A stretch of 64,000 nucleotides of DNA from Desulfatiglandales bacterium (lineage in GTDB: Bacteria; Desulfobacterota; DSM-4660; Desulfatiglandales; Desulfatiglandaceae): contig OY759599.1 in the NCBI GenBank assembly GCA_963662465.1, positions 3,072,001 through 3,136,000 on the forward strand, in the 5' to 3' direction. A program made the translations under genes and the position numbers. The notes under the pieces are model-generated. The model saw nothing but the letters and a program-made list of their open reading frames with translations, was not told the origin of the DNA and searched no databases. Numbering within the stretch: the stretch's first letter is position 1; each line of letters begins with the position of its first letter. This document shows, piece by piece, positions 30,029-39,569 of this stretch.

Positions 30029-31267
30029 CTATACATGCCTCAGGGCATCGATGGGCGCCATCTTCGACGCCTTGTATGCAGGCTGAAGACTCGCCAAAAC
30101 AGATACCACAATGACGATTGCCGAGATTACAAAGATATCCGATAAATTTATTGTGGGGGAAAGAATCAGGCCTGTTTGTCTCCCAAAATCAAAGGTAAGC
30201 CCAACCCTATTCAAAACATATAGAACCCCGGAATTGAGGATAACGCCTGTCAGCGCACCCAGAACGCCAAGACAAAATCCCTCAAGCAAAAACATCGAAA
30301 GAATCTTCTCGGGCATGGTGCCGATGGCCGCTATGGCGCCGATCTCTCTGATCCTTTCATATACCGCCATGATCATTACATTCATGATGCTCACAAGCAC
30401 GATGGCAATGAGCATGATCTTGATAAAGAAGGTCATCACATCTATCATCCTTGCAATATTGAAAAAGGGGGAGAGTTTTTCCCACGTATGCACCTCAAAG
30501 ACAGGTTTGCCGGCCTTGTTTAGCGCCGTTGAGAGTATCCCATTGATTTTGTCATGGACCTCATGAAGACGGCTGAAGTCGGAGAGCCTAAGGGCTATCT
30601 CGCTGACATCCATCTTTTCCATCCTGAGGACTTCCATGGCGTCCTGAATATGCATATAACCATCCCTGCCGCCGGGACCCGTGGCACTCTCAACGATCCC
30701 TCCGATCTTGAATTGCTTTCCGTTAACGGAGCCGTCCTTATTGGTGGCAATCACAACAACCGTGTCGCCGACCTTAACTTTCATTCCCCTGGCGATCAAC
30801 TCAGGGACAAGGATCTCCCCCCTCCTTATGGTCTTATCCCCCTCTTTTATCCTCGAGAAAAGGAGCGGCACCGTTTTTATTTCATCTTCGGGGGATACGC
30901 CGTTTAACCGGATATTGGTTGTCTCAACGAAATTGCTGAACAGACCGCCAAATTTTATCCTCTTTGAACAGGCCTCGATACCCGCGGTTTCCTGGATCGC
31001 TTTTTCTACTTTTTTTAAGGCCCCGGGGCTCAAATTCATGGTAAGGGGGAGGTTATCCATGGATGCTAAATACCCTTTTTTGTGGATCTGGAGATGACCG
31101 ACAAAGGAATCCGTTATCTGCCCGATCATCATGTTCTTGAATGACCCCGTGACGGCAATAAAGACAAGGACAAATACAACCCCCACTGTGATCAGGGAAG
31201 CGGTCAGGAATGTCCTTCTCTTGTATCTGGTCAGGTTTCTCAGGGCGATCTTAAATATATTAAACAC
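30029..31267 (-). CDS. ABC transporter permease (LolE/FtsX-like)
   Basis: ALRNL..KRR, ERIREIG and PAYKASKMAPIDALR. Confidence 0.9.
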   Translation of the reverse strand: MFNIFKIALRNLTRYKRRTFLTASLITVGVVFVLVFIAVTGSFKNMMIGQITDSFVGHLQIHKKGYLASMDNLPLTMNLSPGALKKVEKAIQETAGIEACSKRIKFGGLFSNFVETTNIRLNGVSPEDEIKTVPLLFSRIKEGDKTIRRGEILVPELIARGMKVKVGDTVVVIATNKDGSVNGKQFKIGGIVESATGPGGRDGYMHIQDAMEVLRMEKMDVSEIALRLSDFSRLHEVHDKINGILSTALNKAGKPVFEVHTWEKLSPFFNIARMIDVMTFFIKIMLIAIVLVSIMNVMIMAVYERIREIGAIAAIGTMPEKILSMFLLEGFCLGVLGALTGVILNSGVLYVLNRVGLTFDFGRQTGLILSPTINLSDIFVISAIVIVVSVLASLQPAYKASKMAPIDALRHV

Positions 31268-31964
31268 TGCCTTTTCCCCCTTTCACATGTCGATCGGCCA
31301 ATTCTCCATCTTCCAGCATATAGATTTCCTCAACCTCCCCAACAATTTTCCGGTCATGGGTGGAAAATATAAAGGTTGTCCCAAACGCTTCCTTCATCTT
31401 TTTCATGATATCGATGACCCGATAAGCGGTTTTATGGTCTAAATTAGCAGTCGGTTCATCCGCGAGAATAAGCTTTGGCGCTGTCACCAGCGCCCTTGCC
31501 ACAGCCACTCTCTGCTTCTGTCCACCTGAAATCTGATCCGGATATTTGTCTTTCTGCTCAATCATCCCAACAGCGTCAAGGAGGTCCATGACCCGTCTTT
31601 TTCTTTCATCTGAAGGCGTGTTTTGCACCATAAGCAGGGGGTATTCCACATTCTCAAAGACTGTCAGCACGGGGAGCAGATTAAAGTCCTGAAATATGAA
31701 GCCGATGTTTTTACCTCTGAAAGAGGCGGCCATGCGTCTGTTAAGATGGGAAATATCCGTATCGCCAACCCTTAAGGTTCCATGGGTCGGCTTGTCAAGA
31801 CAGCCGATGAGATTCAGGATTGTGGTCTTTCCACTGCCGGAAGGCCCCACAAAAGAAACAAAAGAGGCCGCCTCTATTTCGAAACTCAACCCCTTTAGGG
31901 CCTCAATTTTGATATCGCCGCTCATATATGTTTTGGAAACATCCGTTGCCGTTACTAAGCTCAT
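31260..31964 (-). CDS. ABC transporter ATP-binding protein (LolD-like)
   Basis: GPSGSGKT, ISGGQKQRV and ADEPTANLD. Confidence 0.93.
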   Translation of the reverse strand: MSLVTATDVSKTYMSGDIKIEALKGLSFEIEAASFVSFVGPSGSGKTTILNLIGCLDKPTHGTLRVGDTDISHLNRRMAASFRGKNIGFIFQDFNLLPVLTVFENVEYPLLMVQNTPSDERKRRVMDLLDAVGMIEQKDKYPDQISGGQKQRVAVARALVTAPKLILADEPTANLDHKTAYRVIDIMKKMKEAFGTTFIFSTHDRKIVGEVEEIYMLEDGELADRHVKGGKGSV

Positions 31965-32021
31965 ATCTTTCCTTTCAAAGATCGTAAAACAGATGAACTT
32001 CCTTTCTCACTGAAACTTTGT

Positions 32022-33071
32022 TCAGAATCCCAGCGCAAAGAGAATACCGCCACTGAGAAGCCCAAAAACCATATTAAACACCTTGATAAGCACTGAGTCC
32101 TTCAGGCTGTACGAGAGAAGGGGAAGCATCCCATGGCCATCCTGAACAAATGATGTGGTGAAGAGTACCGAAAAAGGGATAAGTCCCTGCGCATACATCA
32201 TTACGAATATTAGATGCGGCCCTGATTCGGGAATGAGCCCAATCAAAGCGCCGACAAGCAAGACCGATATCATATGCTCGTGAATAAAAGCATCCAGGTT
32301 CCAGAAAGCGAGGCCCCAATGCACAAAAAGGAGAGCGCCGAAGCTCCACAAAAAGACACGGAAAAGGTGTTTCTTGATGATGTGTTCCCAAATATGGGAG
32401 TGAAGGTAATGTTCAGAGCAAAGCGATATAATGTATAGCGTGCATATTGAAAGGGACAAAAAAGTAATCCGTTTCCATCCCCATGTGGAGGGTCCAAGAG
32501 TCCCTGACAGGACCAAAACGAGGAAGGAGAAAATAAGCACAAGGAGAAGAAAGCGGGTGAAGGAAAAGGGATGAAAATTTTTAAGGATATTCGATGGTCT
32601 GAAAATATCGCTGAGTTTCTCCTCATGCTCGTTGCTGGACTGGCATTCTTCACACGCGATATCCGCGCATGATTCACAGGGTACAATCCGTAAAACCGGG
32701 ACAAGCTTATCGCTTACCCAGGCGAAAAAAATACCCAAAACGAATAATAATAAAAAGAGCGCCAGGGCCGTGCCCGGGAACTGGGAAAGCATGACAAAGG
32801 CTTCGTCTCCAGAGGTGGCAATCATTCCACCCACGATAGCCCCGAAACTGATCATGCCGTGGACATACAGACTCACATTCATGAAAGCGCCGAGACAGCC
32901 GGGGGTAGAACCCAAGAAAGACGCTAAAGTATACTGTCGCCATGGCCCCCCCTTAATGATATCCGACATGCGTCTCTTACTGGCTGCATCGATAAAGTCA
33001 ACCAGGAGCATCATCACAAAGACAAAGACAGTGATCATCACGGCATGTATGAATATTGGGAATAGATCCAT
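32022..33071 (-). CDS. Putative metal/arsenic permease (DUF2899/ArsP_2-like)
   Basis: PGCLGAF, ATSGDEAF, IPESGPH and QDGHGMLP motifs, with a Cys-rich loop. Confidence 0.75.
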   Translation of the reverse strand: MDLFPIFIHAVMITVFVFVMMLLVDFIDAASKRRMSDIIKGGPWRQYTLASFLGSTPGCLGAFMNVSLYVHGMISFGAIVGGMIATSGDEAFVMLSQFPGTALALFLLLFVLGIFFAWVSDKLVPVLRIVPCESCADIACEECQSSNEHEEKLSDIFRPSNILKNFHPFSFTRFLLLVLIFSFLVLVLSGTLGPSTWGWKRITFLSLSICTLYIISLCSEHYLHSHIWEHIIKKHLFRVFLWSFGALLFVHWGLAFWNLDAFIHEHMISVLLVGALIGLIPESGPHLIFVMMYAQGLIPFSVLFTTSFVQDGHGMLPLLSYSLKDSVLIKVFNMVFGLLSGGILFALGF

Positions 33072-33092
33072 TTGTTCAATCCAAGCTTGCGT

Positions 33093-34214
33093 CTATTTTG
33101 GCGTTTCCCCCCAATTCTTTGCCTTTAGCAAAACCACGGTGAAAACTGAGCCTTTCCCCGGTTCACTCTTAACAAAGACGCGTCCCCCATGACCCTCCAC
33201 AATGGCCTTTACCACAGCCAATCCCAAACCGAAGCCCTCTTTTCTCTCCGTATCTCCGCTTTGACGAAAGCTATCAAAAATATAAGGCAATTCATCCTGT
33301 TCTATCCCCATCCCCTCGTCTTTTACCTCGACCACAACCTCTTCAGCAGTTTCATGGGTTGAAATGGTAATCGTTCCTTTTTCCTTTGAAAATTTAATGG
33401 CGTTGTCTAAAAGATTGGTAAAAACCCTGCGCAACTGACCGGTATCCGCCATGATAATCGGCAGTGCCTCCTCATTTTCAAGTGTCAGGGTAATACCGGA
33501 TTCATACGCTTTTAGCTGGTAGGAGTCTGAAAGCTCCATCAATTCTTTATCCAGGGATGTGGCGCTGAAATTAAATTTCAATCTTCCCATCTGCAACCTG
33601 GAAAACTCCAAAAACTCGGTAACCAGGGATTCAAGCTTGCCGGATTCATTTTTGATAATGCCGAGATATTTCTTTTGCTTTTCCTCATCAATCTGTCTTG
33701 CTTTCTTCAACAGTCGAAGAACAAACCCACCGATAATGGTGAGTGAGGATTTCATGTCATGGGCAAACATGGAAATAAGATTGTCCTTTTCCCGTTCCAG
33801 ACTTTTTAAATGCGAAATGTCATGAAAAGACTCCACGCCTCCGATAAGAAGATCTTCATCGTCAAACAACCCCGCCGTATTGAACCTGACCGGAATCGTT
33901 TCATCCCATTTATTAACGATGGTCGTTTCAACAAACGATACGGGCTTATGGCCGTTCATGGCGGTTTTTAACGGGCAGTCGGTAAGACACATACCGCCTT
34001 TAAGGATCTCACCGCAATACTTTCCCAGGGCCTCTTTTTTGGAATATCCGGTTATTTTTTCGGCCCAGGGATTAAAGTCGGTAATTTTCAGATCCGCGTT
34101 GACCGTAAGAACTGCGGCGGGAAGGCTATCAATGACAAAGCGGTAGAAGGCAACATCTTGGAAGTCTTTTTTATCGCCGGCGGTTATCTTCAAATCTTTA
34201 GAGATATTGTCCAT
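33093..34214 (-). CDS. PAS sensor histidine kinase
   Basis: PAS with C..C...CP, AHDMKSSL, NLLDNAIK and GFGLGL. Confidence 0.9.
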   Translation of the reverse strand: MDNISKDLKITAGDKKDFQDVAFYRFVIDSLPAAVLTVNADLKITDFNPWAEKITGYSKKEALGKYCGEILKGGMCLTDCPLKTAMNGHKPVSFVETTIVNKWDETIPVRFNTAGLFDDEDLLIGGVESFHDISHLKSLEREKDNLISMFAHDMKSSLTIIGGFVLRLLKKARQIDEEKQKKYLGIIKNESGKLESLVTEFLEFSRLQMGRLKFNFSATSLDKELMELSDSYQLKAYESGITLTLENEEALPIIMADTGQLRRVFTNLLDNAIKFSKEKGTITISTHETAEEVVVEVKDEGMGIEQDELPYIFDSFRQSGDTERKEGFGLGLAVVKAIVEGHGGRVFVKSEPGKGSVFTVVLLKAKNWGETPK

Positions 34215-34333
34215 AAGCCCCTTCCTTCATCACTTCAGGAAAAAAATGCGCCAGCACCATGGAAATGGCGCCTTCCAGAAGTGCTTCAGACTCCATGAGG
34301 GTCGCTATAAAACCGCGGCTTGCCGCACAAGAA

Positions 34334-34504
34334 AGTTGTCAGTTATCAGTTGTCAGTAACGGCGTATCGATATTGATCTATTTTCACTAGGGATTTGCTG
34401 AGTCCCACGAGCCTCGCATTGTGAAGTTCTCTTCCAAACTTCCAAGTCCTCAAATTTCAAAATAATCTCCAGCCCTGACAACTGATAACTGACAACTGAT
34501 AACT
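34334..34504 (-). pseudogene. Internally deleted four-helix-bundle (TIGR02436/23S IVP-like) gene between inverted heptamer tracts
   Basis: GGAG RBS then TTG-KFEDLEVWKR, with ARLVGLSKSL in a second frame. Flanked by (AGTTRTC)n and (CTGAYAA)n. Confidence 0.7.
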
Positions 34505-34531
34505 TTTTCTTTGGGTTACAGGTCTCCCGCT

Positions 34532-35434
34532 TTAGTTTACAACCCAAACCGCATGATTCTTAGCCATATTAATGAGTTTGTTGCTGACGGTTCCCATGAG
34601 GAAATCTCTCACCCTGGAAAGCCCCCTTCTGCCCACAACGATGGTCCCATACCCCCCATCCTCTGCTTCCTGGACTACGGCAGCCGCGCGACTCCGCACG
34701 CCCGTGATAATTTTGGTGGTGATCCGATCCGAATCAAATCCTGATTGTACCAACACGCTCTTGGCTTCATCAAAAACCCCATTCATCTCCATTTTTCGCT
34801 CGTTCACATATTCCGGATTATCGCTTCTGATTACATGGATAAGTCCAGCATCAAAATCGGACCCACCCAACAGGCTTCCCACATAGTCTACCGTACGCAT
34901 GGCGTTCTCCGAACCATCCAAGCCCAGAAGCACTGACCCTGACGAAGGTTTTTTACCGACCACCAGAATGGGAACAAAGGAAATTTTCCCGATGAGTTTT
35001 GTTGCAATACTCCCCAGCACAAGATCTTTCAGGTTGCTCATGCCTTTTCTGCCCACCAAGACACCATCGTAGTCCCGTTTTGCCTCTTTTGCGATATCTC
35101 GCGCAAAGCCGCTTTGTCTGTTCTGAATTTTCACGTTTACGGATTCCTCGGGAAAACCGGCACGCCGGAGAATTTTCTCCGCTTTTTGCATATATTCCTG
35201 AATGGCTTTTTCACGTTCCTTGTCCCAAGCCCTGGCCTCGCTCATCCGCCAGGCAACGGAGCTGTTCCTTTCCAGATCCCAATATCCTTCAGGTATCTTA
35301 CTGTGGACGTTGAATAACACCATCTCCATTTCCCGAAATGCCGGGATTTTGGCCACGTACCTGACAATTTCCAAAGCATTTTCGGATCCGTCCACTGCCA
35401 GCAACATTTTCTTTTTACTCTTATCCGTCATCAT
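34532..35434 (-). CDS. Tandem universal stress protein
   Basis: Two USP domains (LAVDGSE and LGLDGSE; GRKG..LGS and GRRG..MGT). Confidence 0.9.
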   Translation of the reverse strand: MMTDKSKKKMLLAVDGSENALEIVRYVAKIPAFREMEMVLFNVHSKIPEGYWDLERNSSVAWRMSEARAWDKEREKAIQEYMQKAEKILRRAGFPEESVNVKIQNRQSGFARDIAKEAKRDYDGVLVGRKGMSNLKDLVLGSIATKLIGKISFVPILVVGKKPSSGSVLLGLDGSENAMRTVDYVGSLLGGSDFDAGLIHVIRSDNPEYVNERKMEMNGVFDEAKSVLVQSGFDSDRITTKIITGVRSRAAAVVQEAEDGGYGTIVVGRRGLSRVRDFLMGTVSNKLINMAKNHAVWVVN

Positions 35435-35443
35435 TAATCCTCC

Positions 35444-36055
35444 TTAATTTGTTTTAATTCCCACGCGCTTTTCCGCCGCATGGCGGACGCGACCCTGAAG
35501 CCTGGTGTAGTTTCTTACCATGTCTTCTCTAACAGCAGGGTTGTGAAGAAGGGCGGCAGGATGCCGCACCGGAATTATTTCCTGATCGCCCACCATAAAA
35601 ATGTGGCCATAGACGCTATGAAATTCCGCTTTAGGAGGGCGTGCAATACCATATTTTATAAATATGTACCGGGTTGCATAATAGCCCAGCGGGACCAGGA
35701 TTCCGGGTCTTACCGCCTCTATCTCGCGATCCAGGAATTGGCCGCAAGCTTCAATTTCGTCCGCCTTCGGCTTTCTGTTTTTGGGGAGCAAGCATTTTAT
35801 GAGATTGGTCATATAGATATCTTTCCGGCTGATCTCTATCCTGCCCAACATCTCATTGAGAACCATTCCGGAGGGACCAATAAACATGATCCCTTCTCTA
35901 TCCTCATTTTCTCCAGGCGCTTGGGCAACGAGCATCAATTGGGCGGAGGTATCCCCTTCCCCGCAAACAGCATTTTTTCTACTTTTGGCCAATCCACACC
36001 GATCACAACGCCTGATCTCTTTATTCATCGCATCGATATCATCCGCTATACCCAT
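35444..36055 (-). CDS. Uracil-DNA glycosylase family 4
   Basis: CDRC, AQAPG..ED, FIGPSG, NLIKC and HPAALL. Confidence 0.88.
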   Translation of the reverse strand: MGIADDIDAMNKEIRRCDRCGLAKSRKNAVCGEGDTSAQLMLVAQAPGENEDREGIMFIGPSGMVLNEMLGRIEISRKDIYMTNLIKCLLPKNRKPKADEIEACGQFLDREIEAVRPGILVPLGYYATRYIFIKYGIARPPKAEFHSVYGHIFMVGDQEIIPVRHPAALLHNPAVREDMVRNYTRLQGRVRHAAEKRVGIKTN

Positions 36056-36250
36056 TGGGAGATCTCCCTGCACCTGGAACCTCACTCAACTCTCTAAATC
36101 CTTCCTTTCAAATTTCTTCTTCTTTGTCTGTTTTTTTCCTTTTCGTTTCACTTTGATATTACACGTTAGTACCTTATTTTCAGGTTTTATGTCACGAAAA
36201 ACAAGAAATTCATTGTCAGGAAAACTTAAAACTTAAAAATGACCCGTCAA

Positions 36251-37264
36251 TCACAAACCAATGCCATCAATTCGGGCCCCGCATAGAGGGCAATGCCCAT
36301 TCTCCAACCGATTCCGCAATAAGCTGAGTCCGTAGCGCTCTATCAGCAAAGCGCCACAGGCATGGCAGTAGGTATTTTCTCCGGCCTCTCCGGAGACATT
36401 GCCCGCGTAAACATATCGCAGACCCTCTTCCATGCCGATTTCACGGGCCATCCGGATGGTTTCAAGAGGCGTTCGGGGTTTGTCCACCATCTTGTATGTG
36501 GGATAGAACTGTGTAACGTGCCAGGGAATCTCAGGGCCGACACCCTTAATAAATTGAGCGATATCCCGCAGCTCCCGGGGTTGATCATTCAGCCCTGGAA
36601 TAATAAGCGTTGCAACTTCCACCCAGACGCCAAGCGATTTCATCAACCGGACCGATTCCAGCACCGGCTTGAGACGGGCGCCGCAAATCTCTTTATAGAA
36701 ATTATCGGTAAACGCCTTTATATCTATATTGACGGCATCTAAATAGGGCGCAATTTTAACGATGGCCGCCTCACTCATATAGCCATTGCTGACGAAGATA
36801 TTTTTCAGGCCCTCCCTTTGGGCCAGAACAGCGGTATCATAAGCAAATTCGAAAAAAACGGTCGGTTCGGTATAGGTATAAGCGATTGTTCGGCAACCGG
36901 CGGTTTTTGCGGCCGCAACAATCTGCCCGGGGGTTCGAGGTTCTCCGCGAACTTCCCCTTTGTTCTTACGGGGGTATTGGGAGATGTCGAAGTTCTGACA
37001 ATGCTTGCAGCGGAAGTTGCAGCCCATCGTTCCCAATGAATAGGCTGTTGTGCCGGGGAAGAAGTTGAACAATGGCTTTTTCTCAATGGGGTCCACATGC
37101 TCGGCAATAATCTTACCGTACACCAGGCTGTAAAGGCTGCCCCTTTGGTTTTGCCTCACACCGCAAATGCCCAGCTTGTCCTCCTGGATTTTGCACCGGT
37201 GATTGCATAAATTGCAACGCACAACGCTATGGTCAAGGCACTTATAAAGCATGGCTTCATTCAT
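36251..37264 (-). CDS. amrS: AmmeMemoRadiSam system radical SAM enzyme
   Basis: CNLCNHRC, DPIEKKPL, GCNFRCKHCQN and YTYTEP. Confidence 0.9.
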   Translation of the reverse strand: MNEAMLYKCLDHSVVRCNLCNHRCKIQEDKLGICGVRQNQRGSLYSLVYGKIIAEHVDPIEKKPLFNFFPGTTAYSLGTMGCNFRCKHCQNFDISQYPRKNKGEVRGEPRTPGQIVAAAKTAGCRTIAYTYTEPTVFFEFAYDTAVLAQREGLKNIFVSNGYMSEAAIVKIAPYLDAVNIDIKAFTDNFYKEICGARLKPVLESVRLMKSLGVWVEVATLIIPGLNDQPRELRDIAQFIKGVGPEIPWHVTQFYPTYKMVDKPRTPLETIRMAREIGMEEGLRYVYAGNVSGEAGENTYCHACGALLIERYGLSLLRNRLENGHCPLCGARIDGIGL

Positions 37265-37342
37265 CGTATTGACCTCGGTCCCTAAAAAAGGAATTAAATT
37301 GTTTCAATATTAAACCTTAGCATATTTATTTCTTTTTTTTGA

Positions 37343-37631
37343 AGCACAATATATGCCAAGAATTCGACAGTTTAATATTGCCCCCAAATTCATAACGTCA
37401 GCGATATGGCCAATTGCCATATATCCCAATTGACCATCCAATGTTCGCAAAATTTCGCACATTATCTTTTCCAACCTGGAAAATACCCTGACACCTCGGG
37501 CCCATGAATAGAAAGATCTCTACCCATGGGATGAAAGGCCGTAACCGGATTGATACACACGGAATTTTGGTTCATTAGTGTCTTTTTTCATCCGAAACCT
37601 CTCATCTGTTTCCGGTGGCACACTTTATGCT
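37343..37631. promoter_or_regulatory. Divergent sigma54 promoters with a candidate shared enhancer
   Basis: Minus strand TGGCATATATTGTGCT (37343-37358), plus strand TGGCACACTTTATGCT (37616-37631), and an imperfect TGT..ACA palindrome at 37442-37461. Confidence 0.7.
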
Positions 37632-37703
37632 CATCAAGGAAGTCAAATTTGGTTATTTTAAACCCAAACACACTAAAAAGTTGGAAAGGAGGGTCTCACA
37701 CCA

Positions 37704-37994
37704 ATGGCATCCAATTTTAGAATCCTCAGACATCAAAACGGCGACAACCTTCACCTGAGACTCGCGGGCAACTTTGACGGGACATCCGCGTGGGAAGTAT
37801 TCAACACCTTGAAAAAAGAGAGCCCGAAAGTTTCAAAGGTCTTTATCCATTGCAGTTGCCTGGAAGAGATAGACCCCTTCGGCCGAGATGTGTTTCAGGA
37901 CAATATGAAAGAACTACGAAAAGATTGCACGGCTTTTTTGTTCACCGGGGAAAAATCCAAGCAAATTGCACCTGAACAGAGGTGGCATAGGTAA
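37704..37994 (+). CDS. Small STAS-like hypothetical protein
   Basis: LRLAGNFDGTSA..IDPFG pattern. GGAGG RBS. Confidence 0.7.
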   Translation: MASNFRILRHQNGDNLHLRLAGNFDGTSAWEVFNTLKKESPKVSKVFIHCSCLEEIDPFGRDVFQDNMKELRKDCTAFLFTGEKSKQIAPEQRWHR

Positions 37995-38074
37995 CGTTAC
38001 AAGGATGACACTGGTAACGTTTTTGGGAAATAGAACGGGGAGGGTGCTAAAAAAAACGCAAGGAGGTAATCGAT

Positions 38075-38518
38075 ATGGAATTAGTTCCGTGGAAACCCTT
38101 TGGAGAAATCAGTTCATTTCGAGGAGAGATGGACAAACTTTGGGATCGGTTTTTTGGGCAAAGGCCATTGGCTGGAACATTCTCGGAAGAATGGATGCCG
38201 TCGGTGGACATTTCGGAAACCGAGGATCAGCTTCTGATTAAGGCGGAGTTGCCCGGTCTGGAAACAAACGACGTCAATGTGAGCATCTCGGGAGACCTGC
38301 TGACCATAAAAGGTGAAAAGAAAAAGGAAAAAGAAGAAAAGGATGAGCATCATCATTATGTAGAGCGATATTCCGGATCTTTTGAGCGTTCATTTCGAAT
38401 CCCCATGAACATTAAAACCGATAAAATCGAGGCAATCTTTGACAAGGGCGTCTTGAAACTAACCCTTCCAAAAGTGGAGGAAGCCAAGAAAAAAGAAATT
38501 GAAATCAAGGTTAAGTAA
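38075..38518 (+). CDS. Hsp20/alpha-crystallin small heat shock protein
   Basis: PSVDISE, AELPG, ERYSGSFERSF and GVLKLTLPK. Confidence 0.93.
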   Translation: MELVPWKPFGEISSFRGEMDKLWDRFFGQRPLAGTFSEEWMPSVDISETEDQLLIKAELPGLETNDVNVSISGDLLTIKGEKKKEKEEKDEHHHYVERYSGSFERSFRIPMNIKTDKIEAIFDKGVLKLTLPKVEEAKKKEIEIKVK

Positions 38519-38568
38519 CGCTATTTCGCGCCCTCCCCGGGGCCAACTGATTAGCATGAAAATAGGCC

Positions 38569-38622
38569 TTGATTATCGTTTCGGCCAACGTTGATATTGT
38601 TGGCAGCCGAAACAATAATCAA
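38569..38622 (+). terminator. Long stem-loop downstream of hsp20
   Basis: TTGATTATCGTTTCGGC / GCCGAAACAATAATCAA (16/17 match) with an inner CCAAC/GTTGG pair. No clear U-tract on the + strand. Confidence 0.4.
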
Positions 38623-39157
38623 AACCAAATGCCCCAATTTATGTTATCCGAAAAATGAGGCAAACAATACCATTATCTATACCTAAAGTTACGCTTATTG
38701 ACTTGAAAAAGATTCCTCTTAAGCCGTTCATGATCAATCTGCCGGAACGAGCTTCGAGAAAAACATGGGTTATGAGGTTTCACTGTCAAAAAGCATGCCA
38801 AACATCCCAAAAGCCAATATCGGTTATGATATTAAGCAGTTATCCTCAGAAATAACGTCGGTGAAAACTCTCCATATTTCGACACAGTTCACCTTTGCTC
38901 GACAAAGATGTCGATTCCATGGGGTGAGATCGAACATCTGGCGGCAAATTTTCTGTAGATTGAGAAAAACCGAAAAAGAGATGGCCAATGCTTAAGGATT
39001 GGGTACAACTTTTTCAAGCAGCGTCTCTTTTCAAGGGGTAGAAACAAATAGAATTGCAAGAGAAGATTGTTGACATCCTTCACAGTCCGCATTCAAACAG
39101 TCGTTCAGCTCACAAACCAGTCTGCGGGGCGTATAACCCGTAATATAAAGCTTCAAT

Positions 39158-39506
39158 TTATACACCAATATCCCCCTCGATGATCGCATGCCCTTCCAGA
39201 ATTGCCGCTGTGATGGCTCGGATTTGATCGAGTCCGATGGGTTTCATCAAAAGCTCAAAGTCTATCCCACATTTTCGAGCATCCGCCAATTCATCGAAAA
39301 ACTCTCGCGGGGTGCATTTTAACCAGCGTCGGGGTGAGGATAATCCCTTCTTTCCGGGCCAGATCGGACCGCTCCAACACATCGATGATGCCAAAGGTCA
39401 CTGCACCTTTGAACTTGTCTTTACAAAGGTCCATAAAATCCCGGACGGCCTTTTTGGACCTGGGTGTGTCGCCTGCGATATACAGCGTAAGCTCAATTTT
39501 TTCCAT
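39158..39506 (-). pseudogene. kaiB: Truncated KaiB-like gene joined out of frame to a receiver-like C-terminal fragment
   Basis: LYIAGDTPRS..IIDVLE..LTPTLVK stops at 71 aa. The other frame reads ADARKCGIDFELLMKPIGLDQI. Confidence 0.65.
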
Positions 39507-39569
39507 TCATCCGCCCCCAGGTTTAACAGGTGGTTCATTACCTGTCATTCTTCAATTCCGCATTCCCCC

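Noticed and set aside
38655..39092. Short ORFs after hsp20
   Set aside because: No recognisable motifs or RBS. This may be decayed DNA and cannot be called.
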